Positions 8,123 through 19,924 of a stretch of 64,000 nucleotides of DNA are shown here, in pieces. Every line of letters begins with the position of its first letter. Position 1 is the stretch's first letter. The DNA is from an uncultured bacterium (GTDB lineage: Bacteria; Eisenbacteria; RBG-16-71-46). The notes beneath the pieces were generated by a model. The model saw only the letters and a program-made list of their open reading frames with translations, was not told where the DNA came from and ran no database searches. Where the stretch lies: contig CAZPVG010000008.1 of NCBI GenBank assembly GCA_964589945.1, positions 6,639-70,638 of the forward strand, written 5' to 3'. The translations under genes were made by a program, and so were the position numbers.

Positions 8123-9137
8123 GCCCGGCGCCGGTGCGCCGGCGCGGCGGCCCCCGGCACGCCGCGCGGCCGCACCCCGCGCCGCCGCGCCGGCCGACGG
8201 CCTCGCGCTGCTCCGGCGAGCCGCCTCGGGCGAGTTCGCGCCGTCGCTCTACGTCGAGGGCCACGACGAGGCGCTGAAGGCGGCGTTCCTCGCGGGCTAC
8301 CGGCGTGCGTGGGCGGCGGCCGTTCCCGAGGCTCCCGCGGCCCGCGTGCTGTGGCCGGGGGAGGACGACGTGGACGCGGTGCTGAACGCCTGGCAGAGCG
8401 TCTCGATGTTCACCCCGCGCGAGCTGACGCTCGTGATGGGCGTCGAGGCGCTTGCCCGGAGCGAGAAGCGCGCCCGCGAGCTCGCGGAGGGCCTGGGCCG
8501 GCCCGGTGGGGAATCCTGCATCGTGCTGGTCGAGGCCGCCGCCGAGAAGGCCCGCAAGACGCTCGAGCCCGTGCGCGCGGCCTGCCGGGCGCTCTGGTCC
8601 GCGGCCCCGCCGGGCCAGCGCGAGCTGGCCGCCTGGGGCGAGAGCCGGCTCGCGGCCGAGTCGATCTCCGCCGAGCCCGAGGCGCTCGAGGCGCTGATCG
8701 GGGTGTGCGAGGGGGAGTCCGCGGCGTTCTTCAGCGAGCTCTCGAAGCTCGCCGGCTGGGCCGGACCGGGCGGCCACGTCTCGAAGGCGGACGTGCTCTC
8801 GCTCTCGCGACCCGTGATCGGCTCCGAGCTGCCCGGGTACCTGCTCGCCGTGGCCGCAGGCGACGCGGCCACGGCGGCCAAGCGGCTCGGCCGGCTCCTC
8901 GCGGCGCGCGGGAGCGAGGGCGAGCTGATGTTCGCGCTCGCGAACCTCGTGGGCGGGGCGCTCGGCGGCTGGGCGCGGTGGCGCGACCTGTCGGCGGCGC
9001 TCGGGCGGCGGCTCACGCCGCGCCAGCTCGCGCACGCGCTCGACGCCGTCTACCGCGCGGAGGCCGCGTGGAAGGGCGGCCGGACCGACGCGCTCGCCGC
9101 GCTGGAGCAGGCGACGCGCGAGGTGGCGGCAGGGTAG
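8055..9137 (+). CDS. holA: DNA polymerase III delta subunit (HolA-like)
   Basis: The length and pattern fit delta: a short conserved core (LYVEGHDEAL, SVSMFTPRELTLVMGVEAL, CIVLVEAAAEKARK) and a C-terminal helical domain (FFSELSKL, LPGYLLAVAAGDAATAAKRLGRLL). It lies between lptE and leuS. The only canonical in-frame start (ATG 8055) lies 68 nt inside lptE. Confidence 0.65.
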   Translation: MDAKKPSTRSRTKSSPARSKAGEPGAGAPARRPPARRAAAPRAAAPADGLALLRRAASGEFAPSLYVEGHDEALKAAFLAGYRRAWAAAVPEAPAARVLWPGEDDVDAVLNAWQSVSMFTPRELTLVMGVEALARSEKRARELAEGLGRPGGESCIVLVEAAAEKARKTLEPVRAACRALWSAAPPGQRELAAWGESRLAAESISAEPEALEALIGVCEGESAAFFSELSKLAGWAGPGGHVSKADVLSLSRPVIGSELPGYLLAVAAGDAATAAKRLGRLLAARGSEGELMFALANLVGGALGGWARWRDLSAALGRRLTPRQLAHALDAVYRAEAAWKGGRTDALAALEQATREVAAG

Positions 9138-9335
9138 GGGCGTGGCGCGCCGGGCCGGAGCCTCGCGCTGCCGGCGACGCTCCGCTGGTACGACGCGGAG
9201 CGGCTGCGCCGCGCCGGCTCCCCGATGCGGTTCGCCCCGGCCGGGGGCACGTGGAAGGGCGCCCGGCCCGCTCGGGATGACGGTCCCGGGCGCGGTCCGT
9301 TATCCTCCGCGCCCACCCCTCACACGGACCGGTCC

Positions 9336-11771
<2,436 letters not shown>

Positions 11772-11840
11772 CCGCGCGCCAGCAGGGCAGAGGCAGCCCG
11801 CACCCAGGCGACTCAAGGGCCCATAGCCCGCGGTGACCCC

Positions 11841-11882
11841 GATATTATGTCCAACCATCCTTCGGATGGTTGACATAATATC
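11841..11882 (+). terminator. AT-rich interrupted inverted repeat, possibly the leuS intrinsic terminator
   Basis: GATATTATGTCCAACCATCC-TTC-GGATGGTTGACATAATATC gives 19 bp of pairing with one bulged C and a 3-5 nt loop. It starts 70 nt after the leuS stop and is followed by TCTCTTAT. Its AT richness stands out against the GC-rich background. Confidence 0.4.
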
Positions 11883-12066
11883 TCTTATGCGACATGCGTT
11901 CGGACCCCTTTCACAGCTCCGGCGAGCCTCCTCGGCCCGCCCTCGCGCACCCCTTCCGGCGAACCCACCGGCTTCCCGCTCGCGACGCGGTCCCATGAAG
12001 GTCTAGCCTTTCACGATGACATGCGCCCGTGAGCGCCCGAGTTCACGCCTCCCGGAGGTCCCCGCC

Positions 12067-13071
12067 ATGAACTTCGTCCGCCCGCTGTCCGTCGCCGCCG
12101 TCGTCGCGTTCGCCGCCGCGGCACCCGCCTTCCCGGCCGCGGCCGTCCCCGCCGACGCACCGCTGCCGATCGCCGGCCGCTGGGACGTGACCGTGACCGG
12201 GCCGGACGGCGAAGCCTACCCGTCGTGGTTCGAGATCCGCGAGGAGCCTTCCGGGCTCGCGATGCGGATGGTCGGCCGGGCCGGTGCGCCGTTCGACGTG
12301 CCCTTCGTCGCCTGGGACGGCAGCCACCTCGAGTTCCAGCTTGCCGACGGCAGCCGCTGGCGCGGCGACTTCAACGGCCGCTGGTTCGGGGGCACCCTGA
12401 CCTCGCGGATGCAGTCGTTCACGGTGGACGATGCGCAGCGCCGCGCCCTCCTGGGCCACCGGTGGCCTCCGCCGCCCACGCCGCGCCCGGTCCGCTGGAC
12501 CGCCGTCCGCGCGCCCGCTCTCGCCGGTCACGACGTGCGCTGGGGCCGGCCCGAGAAGCTCTTCGACGGCCGCACGCTTGCCGGCTGGCGCCCGCGCCAC
12601 GAAGGCTCCTCGTCCGGCTGGACCGTGCGCGACGGCGCGCTCGCCAACCGGTTCCCGGGCGACGACCTCGTCTCCCTCGAGTCCTACAAGGACTTCAAGC
12701 TGCACCTCCAGTTTCGGCTGCAACCCGGTGAGGACAGCGGCGTTCACCTGCGCGGGCGCTACGAGGTCCAGCTTGTCGACCGCGACGATCCCGCGGCGTA
12801 CGCCGGCTCGACCGGGTCCATCTACGGGATGATCGCCCCGTCGATCGAGGAGCGGGCCGAGCCCGGCGCGTGGAACACGCTCGACGTCACGCTGATCGGC
12901 CGGGTCGTCTCGGTCGCCCTGAACGGCATCCGGATCATCGACCGGCAGCCCATCCCGGGGATCACCGGCGACGCGCTCGACGCGAACGAGGGCCGCCCGG
13001 GACCGATCGTGCTGCAGGGCTACCTCGGCCGCGTGGACTATCGCGACATCGAGGTCACCCCCTCGCTGTAG
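12067..13071 (+). CDS. Secreted DUF1080 (3-keto-disaccharide hydrolase / LamG-like) domain protein
   Basis: The internal ATG at 12067 gives the signal peptide MNFVRPLSVAAVVAFAAAAPAFPAAA. The C-terminal half matches the DUF1080 pattern: GWRPR...GWTVRDGAL...YKDFKLHLQFRL...DSGVHLRGRYEVQLVD...WNTLDVTLIG...GPIVLQGYLGRVDYRDIEV. Confidence 0.8.
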   Translation: MNFVRPLSVAAVVAFAAAAPAFPAAAVPADAPLPIAGRWDVTVTGPDGEAYPSWFEIREEPSGLAMRMVGRAGAPFDVPFVAWDGSHLEFQLADGSRWRGDFNGRWFGGTLTSRMQSFTVDDAQRRALLGHRWPPPPTPRPVRWTAVRAPALAGHDVRWGRPEKLFDGRTLAGWRPRHEGSSSGWTVRDGALANRFPGDDLVSLESYKDFKLHLQFRLQPGEDSGVHLRGRYEVQLVDRDDPAAYAGSTGSIYGMIAPSIEERAEPGAWNTLDVTLIGRVVSVALNGIRIIDRQPIPGITGDALDANEGRPGPIVLQGYLGRVDYRDIEVTPSL

Positions 13072-13111
13072 CCGTGGCCCGAAGCCGTCCACCGGGCGTC
13101 GCCGTTCGCAA

Positions 13112-13127
13112 CTGCACACTTGTGCAG
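13112..13127. promoter_or_regulatory. 16-bp palindrome CTGCACA-CT-TGTGCAG, a candidate operator with SOS-box-like geometry
   Basis: Perfect 7+7 inverted repeat ending 30 nt upstream of the ATG of the SplB-like radical SAM gene. It has the CTG-N10-CAG spacing of LexA boxes. No protein binding can be shown from sequence. Confidence 0.3.
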
Positions 13128-13156
13128 GCCGGCCCCGATGCGCTATTCCTCGGGGC

Positions 13157-14062
13157 ATGGCCCGGTCGGACTACCGCGAGGAACCCTGCCGCTCGGCGCT
13201 GAACCGCGTCCGCGGGATGCCGTTCGAGTGGTCGCTCAACCCCTACATGGGGTGCGCGCACCGCTGCGCGTTCTGCTACGTGCGCGCGTTCGAGCGCCGC
13301 GCCGACCGGCCCTCGGACGAGCGCTATGGCGATTCCATCCGGGTGAAGACGAACGTCGCGGAGGTGCTGCGCCGCGAGCTCGCCCGTCCCTCCTGGACGC
13401 GCTCGCTCGTCGCGATCGGGGCGGCGACCGACCCCTACCAGCCCGCCGAGGCCCGTTACCGGCTCACGCGCGCCTGCCTCGAGGCGCTCGCGGAGGCCTC
13501 CAACCCCTTCGGCATCGTGACGCGGGGGACGCTCGTCGTTCGCGACCGCGACGTCCTCGCGGCGGCCTCGGCGCGGGCGCGCGTGGTCGTGCACCTCTCG
13601 ATCCCGACGCTCGACGAGACGATCACCCGCCGCACCGAGCCCGGTGCACCGCCCCCGCGCCAGCGCCTGCGCGCGGTGCGGATGCTCGCCGACGCGGGCA
13701 TCCGGGTGGGGGTCGCGGTCGCGCCCGTGATCCCGGGCCTCACCGACTCGGCCGGGGGTCTCGCCGAGGTGGTCCGCGCCGTCCGCGACGCCGGCGCCGC
13801 GAAGCTGTGGACCGAGTTCCTCTACCTGCGGCCGGGAACGCGAGAGCACTTCCTGGGCGAGATCGGCCGCGCCTGGCCGGAGCAGCGCGCCGGGATCGAG
13901 CGGCTCTACGCGGGGCGTGCCTACCTCGACCGGGGGCGCTCGGAGCGGCTGCGGGCCGGCCTGGCGGCGCTGGGGCGCGACGTGCCGGTGCGTCCCGGGG
14001 TCCTTCCGCCGATCGAGCCGGAGCCGCCCTCCTTCGCGCGCCAGCTCGGGCTCGGGCTCTGA
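13157..14062 (+). CDS. Radical SAM protein, SplB / DNA-repair-photolyase-like (COG1533 type)
   Basis: N-terminal pattern CRSALNRVRGMPFEWSLNPYMGCAHRCAFCYVRAF contains the CxxxCxxC cluster motif. The later PYQPAE and IPGLTD motifs are typical of this family. Confidence 0.85.
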   Translation: MARSDYREEPCRSALNRVRGMPFEWSLNPYMGCAHRCAFCYVRAFERRADRPSDERYGDSIRVKTNVAEVLRRELARPSWTRSLVAIGAATDPYQPAEARYRLTRACLEALAEASNPFGIVTRGTLVVRDRDVLAAASARARVVVHLSIPTLDETITRRTEPGAPPPRQRLRAVRMLADAGIRVGVAVAPVIPGLTDSAGGLAEVVRAVRDAGAAKLWTEFLYLRPGTREHFLGEIGRAWPEQRAGIERLYAGRAYLDRGRSERLRAGLAALGRDVPVRPGVLPPIEPEPPSFARQLGLGL

Positions 14063-14241
14063 GAGCGCTCGCGCAGCTCCGAGTGCGCCCGGGAGGGCGA
14101 CGAACGCGCAGGCGCGCGCCCCTCGCGTGACAGGAGGCTGACGAGCCCCGGAGCGGCTGGAGTAGACTGGCGTGCGTCTCTCGGAAAGACCTCCCGCCCC
14201 CGATGGGCGGTGCGGCCGCAGCGGACCCCCCAGGCTCCCCT

Positions 14242-15369
14242 ATGTCGCCCTCCCGAAGTCGTTTTCCGGCCGCGGCCCGCGCGGCGACCCTCCCCCTTCT
14301 CTCCCTCCTCGTCGCGGCGGGATGTGCCGGCGGAAAGCAGGACCACCGCCCCCGCGTGCCGGTCACCGTCGCCACCGCCGTGCAGCGCGACATGCCCTTC
14401 GAGCTCATCGCCACCGGCACGGTCGAGGCGATCGAGACTGCGGACGTGGGCTCGAACGTCGGCGGCGTCGTCCAGCGCGTTGCGTTCCAGGAAGGCAGCC
14501 ACGTGAAGGCCGGGGACGTCCTCTTCGAGCTCGACCCGCGCCCGTTCCACGCCGCCTACGAGCAGGCCCGGGCCGCTTTCGCGCGCGACCGCGCGCAGGC
14601 GGTGGCCGCGCGGCTCGACGCCGAGCGGGCGCGCCAGCTCTTCGAGAGGCAGCTCACGTCGCAGGCCGACTACGACCAGCGCACGGCGACCGCCGAGGCG
14701 CTGACCGCGGCGGCCGCCGCGGACTCGGCGGCGATGGAGGCCGCGAAGCTCAACCTGCAGTTCGCCTCGATCCGCGCGCCGATCTCGGGGCGGACCGGCC
14801 GGCGCATGGTCGGGGTCGGCGACTACGTCAAGTCGGCGACGAGCGACCCGCTCGTCACGATCAACCGCACGGACCCCATTCTCGTCCGTTTCAGCATTCC
14901 GCAGGACGCGGTCCCGCAGCTCATGCGCTACCGCGGGCAGGCCTTCGTGCTCGCGCGGGTTCCGGACGAGGACTCCACGACGACGCACCGGGGCCGCCTC
15001 GTTTTCGTGGACAACGCCGTGGACCCGCAGAGCGGCACGCTGCTGCTCAAGGGCCAGTTCGCGAACCCGGGCGAGCGCTTCATCCCGGGCCAGTTCGTGG
15101 ACGTCCGGCTCGTGCTCTACACCGAGCCGAAGGCCCTCGTCGTGCCTTCACCCGCCGTGACGCTGGGACAGCAGGGCTCGTACGTCTACGTCATGAACGC
15201 CGACTCCACGGTCACGCCGCGGCCCATCGAGGTCGAGCGGGACATGGACGAGATGACCATCGTCGCGAAGGGCCTCGCCCCGGGCGAGACCGTCGTCACC
15301 GACGGGCAGCTCCGGCTCTCGCCGGGCGCCCGCGTGATGGTCCGCGCCGCGCCGAAGGCGCAGCCGTGA
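14242..15369 (+). CDS. Efflux RND transporter periplasmic adaptor (MFP) lipoprotein
   Basis: Track ORF 14203..15369. The ATG at 14242 gives the lipoprotein signal MSPSRSRFPAAARAATLPLLSLLVAAGC. It has hairpin/lipoyl motifs (GDVLFELDPRPF, NLQFASIRAPISGRTG) and a TGA overlapped by the start of the pump gene. Confidence 0.9.
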   Translation: MSPSRSRFPAAARAATLPLLSLLVAAGCAGGKQDHRPRVPVTVATAVQRDMPFELIATGTVEAIETADVGSNVGGVVQRVAFQEGSHVKAGDVLFELDPRPFHAAYEQARAAFARDRAQAVAARLDAERARQLFERQLTSQADYDQRTATAEALTAAAAADSAAMEAAKLNLQFASIRAPISGRTGRRMVGVGDYVKSATSDPLVTINRTDPILVRFSIPQDAVPQLMRYRGQAFVLARVPDEDSTTTHRGRLVFVDNAVDPQSGTLLLKGQFANPGERFIPGQFVDVRLVLYTEPKALVVPSPAVTLGQQGSYVYVMNADSTVTPRPIEVERDMDEMTIVAKGLAPGETVVTDGQLRLSPGARVMVRAAPKAQP

Positions 15370-18300
15370 ACGTCTCCGGGCTCTTCATCCGCCGGCCGGT
15401 CATGACCACGCTGGTCACGTTCGGCGTGGTCTTCTTCGGCGCGCTCGGCTACACCCAGCTGCCGGTCAGCGACCTGCCGAACGTGGACTACCCGACCATC
15501 TCGGTCTCCGCCAGCCTGCCGGGCGCGAGCCCGGAGACCATGGCGTCGGCGGTCGCGACGCCGCTCGAGAAGCAGTTCGCCACGATCGCCGGCATCGACG
15601 TGATGACCTCGAGCAGCGGCCAGGGCAGCACGAACATCACGCTGACCTTCGACCTCGGGCGGAACATCGACGCCGCCGCCCAGGACGTCCAGTCGGCGAT
15701 CGCGAAGACGCTCCGCTCGCTGCCCTCCGGCATCCTGCCGCCGTCGTACCGCAAGGTGAATCCGGCGGACCGCCCGATCATGTTCCTCGTCCTGACGTCG
15801 CCGATGCTGCCGCTCCAGAAGCTCGACGAGTACGCGGAAGGCTTCCTCGCGCAGCGGCTCTCCATGGTGAGCGGCGTCGCCCAGGTGGCGGTCTACGGCT
15901 CTCAGAAGTACGCGGTGCGGGTGCAGCTCGACCCGCAGGCGCTCGCCGCGCGGGGCATCCCGATCGCCGATGTCACCCAGGCGATCCAGGCCGCGAACGT
16001 GAACCTGCCGACCGGCGTGCTCTGGGGGCCCAACAAGACGGCCACCGTGCAGGCCGGCGGCGAGCTGCAGGACGCTGCCGCGTTCGGCAACATCATCGTG
16101 GACTACCGCAACGGTTCGCCCGTCCGGCTGCGCGATCTCGGGCGGGTGCTCGACGACGTCCAGAACAACCGCGTGGCGAGCTGGTACCGCGGCCAGCGCT
16201 GCATCGCGCTCGCGGTGCAGCGCCAGCCGGGCACGAACACGGTGCAGGTCGCGCGCGACGTCAGGGCCACGCTCGAGCACCTGAGGAACCAGCTGCCCAG
16301 CTCGGTCGAGGCGCACGTGATGTCCGACCACTCGATCCCCATCAAGCATTCCGTGGACGACGTCCAGTTCACGCTCCTGCTGACGCTCTCCCTGGTCGTG
16401 CTGGTCATCTTCCTCTTCCTGCGCAACCTGCCCGCGACCGTCATCCCGAGCCTCTCGCTGCCGATCTCGGTCATCGGGACGTTCGCGGTCATGCACCTGC
16501 TGGGCTTCAACCTCGACAACCTCTCGCTGATGGCGCTGACGCTGTCGGTCGGCTTCGTCGTGGACGACGCCATCGTCATGCTCGAGAACATCCACCGGCA
16601 CCTCGAGATGGGAAAACCCGCCCTTCAGGCGGCGCTCGAGGGCTCGCGCGAGATCGGCTTCACGATCCTCTCCATGACGATCTCGCTCGTCGCCGTGTTC
16701 ATCCCGGTGCTCTTCATGGGCGGCCTGCTCGGCCGGCTGTTCAACGAGTTCGCCGTGACGATCAGCGTCGCGATCCTCGTCTCCGGGTTCGTCTCGCTGA
16801 CGCTCACGCCCATGCTCTGCAGCCGGTTCCTGAGGGCGGAGCACCAGCAGCGGCACGGCCGCTTCTACAACGCCGTCGAGGGCGTCTACGACCGCGCGCT
16901 CGCCTTCTACGAGCGGACGCTGAACTGGGTCATGGACCACCGGCGGACGGCGATGCTGTTCTCGCTCGCGATCCTCGCGGGCACGGTGCTCCTGTTCCGC
17001 CTCGTGCCCAAGGGCTTCGTGCCGAGCGAGGACACCGGGCAGCTCTTCGCGACGACCGAGATGCCCGAGGGCACCTCGTTCGAGGCCATGGTGGCCCACC
17101 AGCGGGCGGTCGCGGCGATTCTCGAGGCCGATCCCAACGTCGCCGACTTCATCTCCTCGGCCGGCGCCGGCGGCCCGAACGCGAGCGGCAACCAGGGCCG
17201 CATGTTCATCAACCTCGTGCCCCGCTCGCAGCGGCGCCTGAGCGCGGACGAGGTGATCCGCGAGCTGATGCCGAAGCTCTCCCAGGTGCCGGGCATCCGC
17301 ACCTACCTCAGCAATCCGCCGGCGCTGAACGTCGGCGGCGGGCACTTCACGAAGAGCCAGTACCAGTTCACCCTCCAGAGCACCGACATCGGGGACCTCT
17401 ACGACGCGTCCGAGTCGCTCCTCGCCCGGCTCCAGAAGGTGAACGTGCTCGCCGACGTCACGAGCGACCTGCAGATCCGCAACCCGGAGGTGGACGTCCA
17501 CATCGATCGCGACCGGGCCGCGGCGCTCGGCGTGAGCGCGCAGGCGGTCGAGCAGGCGTTGTACGACGCCTACGGCTCGCGGCAGGTCTCGACCATCTTC
17601 ACCCCGAGCGACCAGTACTGGGTGATCCTGGAGCTCGAGCCGCGGCACCAGCGCGACGTGGCCGCCCTGCAGAAGCTGTACGTGACCTCGAATACCCGTT
17701 CCCTCGTGCCCCTCGGGGCGGTCGCGACGCTCACGCCGGCCCTGGGGCCGCTCAGCGTGAACCACTCCGGGCAGATCCCCGCGGTCACCATCTCGTTCAA
17801 CCTCCGCGAGGGCGCGTCGCTCGGCGAGGCCGTGGACGCCGTCCAGCGCATCGCCCGGCAGACGCTGCCGTCGAACATCTCGACCAGCTTCGCGGGCACC
17901 GCGCAGGTGTTCCAGTCCAGCCAGCAGGGCCTGAACTGGCTGCTGCTGCTCGCCGTGCTCGTCATCTACCTCGTGCTCGGGATCCTCTACGAGAGCTTCA
18001 TCCACCCGCTCACGATCCTCTCGGGGCTCCCGTTCGCCGGGTTCGGCGCCCTGCTGACGCTGTGGATCTTCCGCACCGAGCTCAGCATCTACGCGTTCGT
18101 CGGGGTCATCATGCTGGTCGGGCTCGTGAAGAAGAACGCCATCATGATGATCGACTTCGCGCTCGACGCCGAGCGCAACGACGGCAAGTCGCCGCGCGAG
18201 GCGATCCTGCAGGCGTGCGTCATCCGCTTCCGGCCGATCATGATGACGACCTTCGCGGCGCTGATGGGCACGCTGCCGATCGCAATCGGCTTCGGCACGG

Positions 18301-18491
18301 GTGCGGAGTCGCGCCGCCCGCTCGGGCTGGCGGTCGTCGGCGGCCTCGCCTTCTCGCAGATCGTCACGCTCTACGTCACGCCGGTGATCTACACGTACCT
18401 CGACGGCTTCCAGGACTGGCTGCGCTCCCGCGGCCCGGCGCGGCACCGCTTCGCGGAAGGCGGCGCCCCGGCGAAGCCCGATCCGGCGTAG
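15366..18491 (+). CDS. RND efflux permease (AcrB/MdtB/MdtC family)
   Basis: The GTG at 15366 (GTGA overlap with the adaptor stop) gives VNVSGLFIRRPVMTTLV...LPVSDLPNVDYPTISV. It is about 1041 aa with a 12-TM RND architecture and the conserved VGFVVDDAIVMLENI and LVGLVKKNAIMMIDFA motifs. The longer track ORF (14172..) is an upstream shadow extension. Confidence 0.95.
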   Translation: MNVSGLFIRRPVMTTLVTFGVVFFGALGYTQLPVSDLPNVDYPTISVSASLPGASPETMASAVATPLEKQFATIAGIDVMTSSSGQGSTNITLTFDLGRNIDAAAQDVQSAIAKTLRSLPSGILPPSYRKVNPADRPIMFLVLTSPMLPLQKLDEYAEGFLAQRLSMVSGVAQVAVYGSQKYAVRVQLDPQALAARGIPIADVTQAIQAANVNLPTGVLWGPNKTATVQAGGELQDAAAFGNIIVDYRNGSPVRLRDLGRVLDDVQNNRVASWYRGQRCIALAVQRQPGTNTVQVARDVRATLEHLRNQLPSSVEAHVMSDHSIPIKHSVDDVQFTLLLTLSLVVLVIFLFLRNLPATVIPSLSLPISVIGTFAVMHLLGFNLDNLSLMALTLSVGFVVDDAIVMLENIHRHLEMGKPALQAALEGSREIGFTILSMTISLVAVFIPVLFMGGLLGRLFNEFAVTISVAILVSGFVSLTLTPMLCSRFLRAEHQQRHGRFYNAVEGVYDRALAFYERTLNWVMDHRRTAMLFSLAILAGTVLLFRLVPKGFVPSEDTGQLFATTEMPEGTSFEAMVAHQRAVAAILEADPNVADFISSAGAGGPNASGNQGRMFINLVPRSQRRLSADEVIRELMPKLSQVPGIRTYLSNPPALNVGGGHFTKSQYQFTLQSTDIGDLYDASESLLARLQKVNVLADVTSDLQIRNPEVDVHIDRDRAAALGVSAQAVEQALYDAYGSRQVSTIFTPSDQYWVILELEPRHQRDVAALQKLYVTSNTRSLVPLGAVATLTPALGPLSVNHSGQIPAVTISFNLREGASLGEAVDAVQRIARQTLPSNISTSFAGTAQVFQSSQQGLNWLLLLAVLVIYLVLGILYESFIHPLTILSGLPFAGFGALLTLWIFRTELSIYAFVGVIMLVGLVKKNAIMMIDFALDAERNDGKSPREAILQACVIRFRPIMMTTFAALMGTLPIAIGFGTGAESRRPLGLAVVGGLAFSQIVTLYVTPVIYTYLDGFQDWLRSRGPARHRFAEGGAPAKPDPA

Positions 18492-18542
18492 GATGCGCGC
18501 GGCGCCCGGACGGCCGCGGCCCCGGGCCACGGGAGGCGACCG

Positions 18543-19910
18543 ATGCTGCGATCCGTGAACCCCGCCACCGGCGGGACGCTCCGCGAATACCCCGAACACG
18601 ACCTCGCCGCCGGCGCGAGGCTTCTCGACGCCGCCGGCCGCGCGTGGCGGGACTGGCGCGCGACGACCTTCGCCGGGCGCGCCGCCGTGCTCCGCGGCGC
18701 CGCGCGGAGGCTCCGCGCGCGCGCGGCCGGGCACGCCCGCCTCGCGACCCTCGAGATGGGCAAGCCGATCGTCCAGGCGGAGGCCGAGGTCGAGAAGTGC
18801 GCGTGGGTCTGCGAGTGGTACGCGGACCACGCCGAGGCGCTGCTCGCCGACGCCCCCGCCGCGACCGACGCGACCCGCAGCTACGTCCGCCGCGAGCCGC
18901 TCGGCGTCCTGCTCGCGGTGATGCCCTGGAACTTCCCATTCTGGCAGGTCTTCCGCGCCGCGGCGCCCGCGCTCGCGGCGGGCAACGTGGTGGCGCTCAA
19001 GCACGCCTCGAACGTGCCCGGCGTCGCGACGGCGATCGAGGAGATCTGGCGGGAAGCCGGCGCTCCCGAGGGGGTCTTCACGACGCTGCTGGCCCCCTCG
19101 CCGCTCGTCGGCGGCCTGATCGAGCATCCCGCCGTCGCCGCGGTGACGCTCACGGGCGGCGAGCCCGCCGGGGTCTCCGTCGGGCGGCAGGCCGGCGCGG
19201 CGCTCAAGAAGGTCGTGCTCGAGCTGGGCGGCTCCGACCCCTTCGTCGTCCTCGCGGACGCGGACGTCGAGTCGGTCGCGGCGCAGGCGGCGCTCGCGCG
19301 GGTGCAGAACAACGGCCAGAGCTGCATCGCCGCGAAGCGCTTCATCGTCGAGGCACCGGTCGCGGAGGCCTTCACCGCGCGACTCGTGGACGCGATGCGC
19401 GCGCTCGTCGTCGGGGACCCGCTCGAGCGCGCGACCCAGGTGGGCCCCCTCGCGCGTCCCGACCTCGTGGACGAACTGCACGCCCAGGTCGAGGGGTCCG
19501 TCGCCGCCGGCGCCCGGCTCGTCCTCGGAGGCGGGCGGCCGGGGGGCCCGGGCTGCTTCTACCCGCCGACCGTGCTCGACCGCGTCGAGCCCGGGAGCCC
19601 AGCGTTCGACGAGGAGACGTTCGGGCCGCTCGCCCCCGTGACGCGCGCGCGGGACGCGGGGCACGCGCTCGAGCTGGCGAACCGCTCCCGCTTCGGCCTC
19701 GGCGCCAGCGTGTGGTCGCGCGACGCGGCGCGCGCGGAGCAATTCGCGCTCGGTCTCGAAGCGGGGGCCGTGTTCGTGAACGGCATCGTGAAGTCCGACC
19801 CGCGCCTGCCCTTCGGCGGCATCAAGCGCTCCGGCCACGGCCGCGAGCTGGCGGCCGAAGGCCTGCGCGAGTTCGTCAACGCGAAGACCGTGTGGGTGAA
19901 GGAGCCCTGA
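18543..19910 (+). CDS. gabD: NAD(P)-dependent aldehyde dehydrogenase, succinate-semialdehyde dehydrogenase-like
   Basis: The N-terminus SVNPATG and LELGGSDPFVV (catalytic Glu) are present. NNGQSCIAAKRF carries the catalytic Cys. EETFGP and PFGGIKRSGHGRE are also present. Confidence 0.88.
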   Translation: MLRSVNPATGGTLREYPEHDLAAGARLLDAAGRAWRDWRATTFAGRAAVLRGAARRLRARAAGHARLATLEMGKPIVQAEAEVEKCAWVCEWYADHAEALLADAPAATDATRSYVRREPLGVLLAVMPWNFPFWQVFRAAAPALAAGNVVALKHASNVPGVATAIEEIWREAGAPEGVFTTLLAPSPLVGGLIEHPAVAAVTLTGGEPAGVSVGRQAGAALKKVVLELGGSDPFVVLADADVESVAAQAALARVQNNGQSCIAAKRFIVEAPVAEAFTARLVDAMRALVVGDPLERATQVGPLARPDLVDELHAQVEGSVAAGARLVLGGGRPGGPGCFYPPTVLDRVEPGSPAFDEETFGPLAPVTRARDAGHALELANRSRFGLGASVWSRDAARAEQFALGLEAGAVFVNGIVKSDPRLPFGGIKRSGHGRELAAEGLREFVNAKTVWVKEP

Positions 19911-19924
19911 CGGGACCGGCCTAG

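Noticed and set aside
9138-9335. 198-nt GC-rich region upstream of leuS as a possible leader, T-box or attenuator
   Set aside because: I could not identify a specifier loop, T-box sequence, leader peptide with Leu codons, or terminator/antiterminator pair by eye. It may simply contain the promoter. It would need a covariance-model scan to revisit.
14203-18491. MFP-RND pair lacking an outer-membrane factor gene as an anomaly
   Set aside because: Two-gene RND operons that borrow a TolC-like channel encoded elsewhere are common, so this is not unusual.
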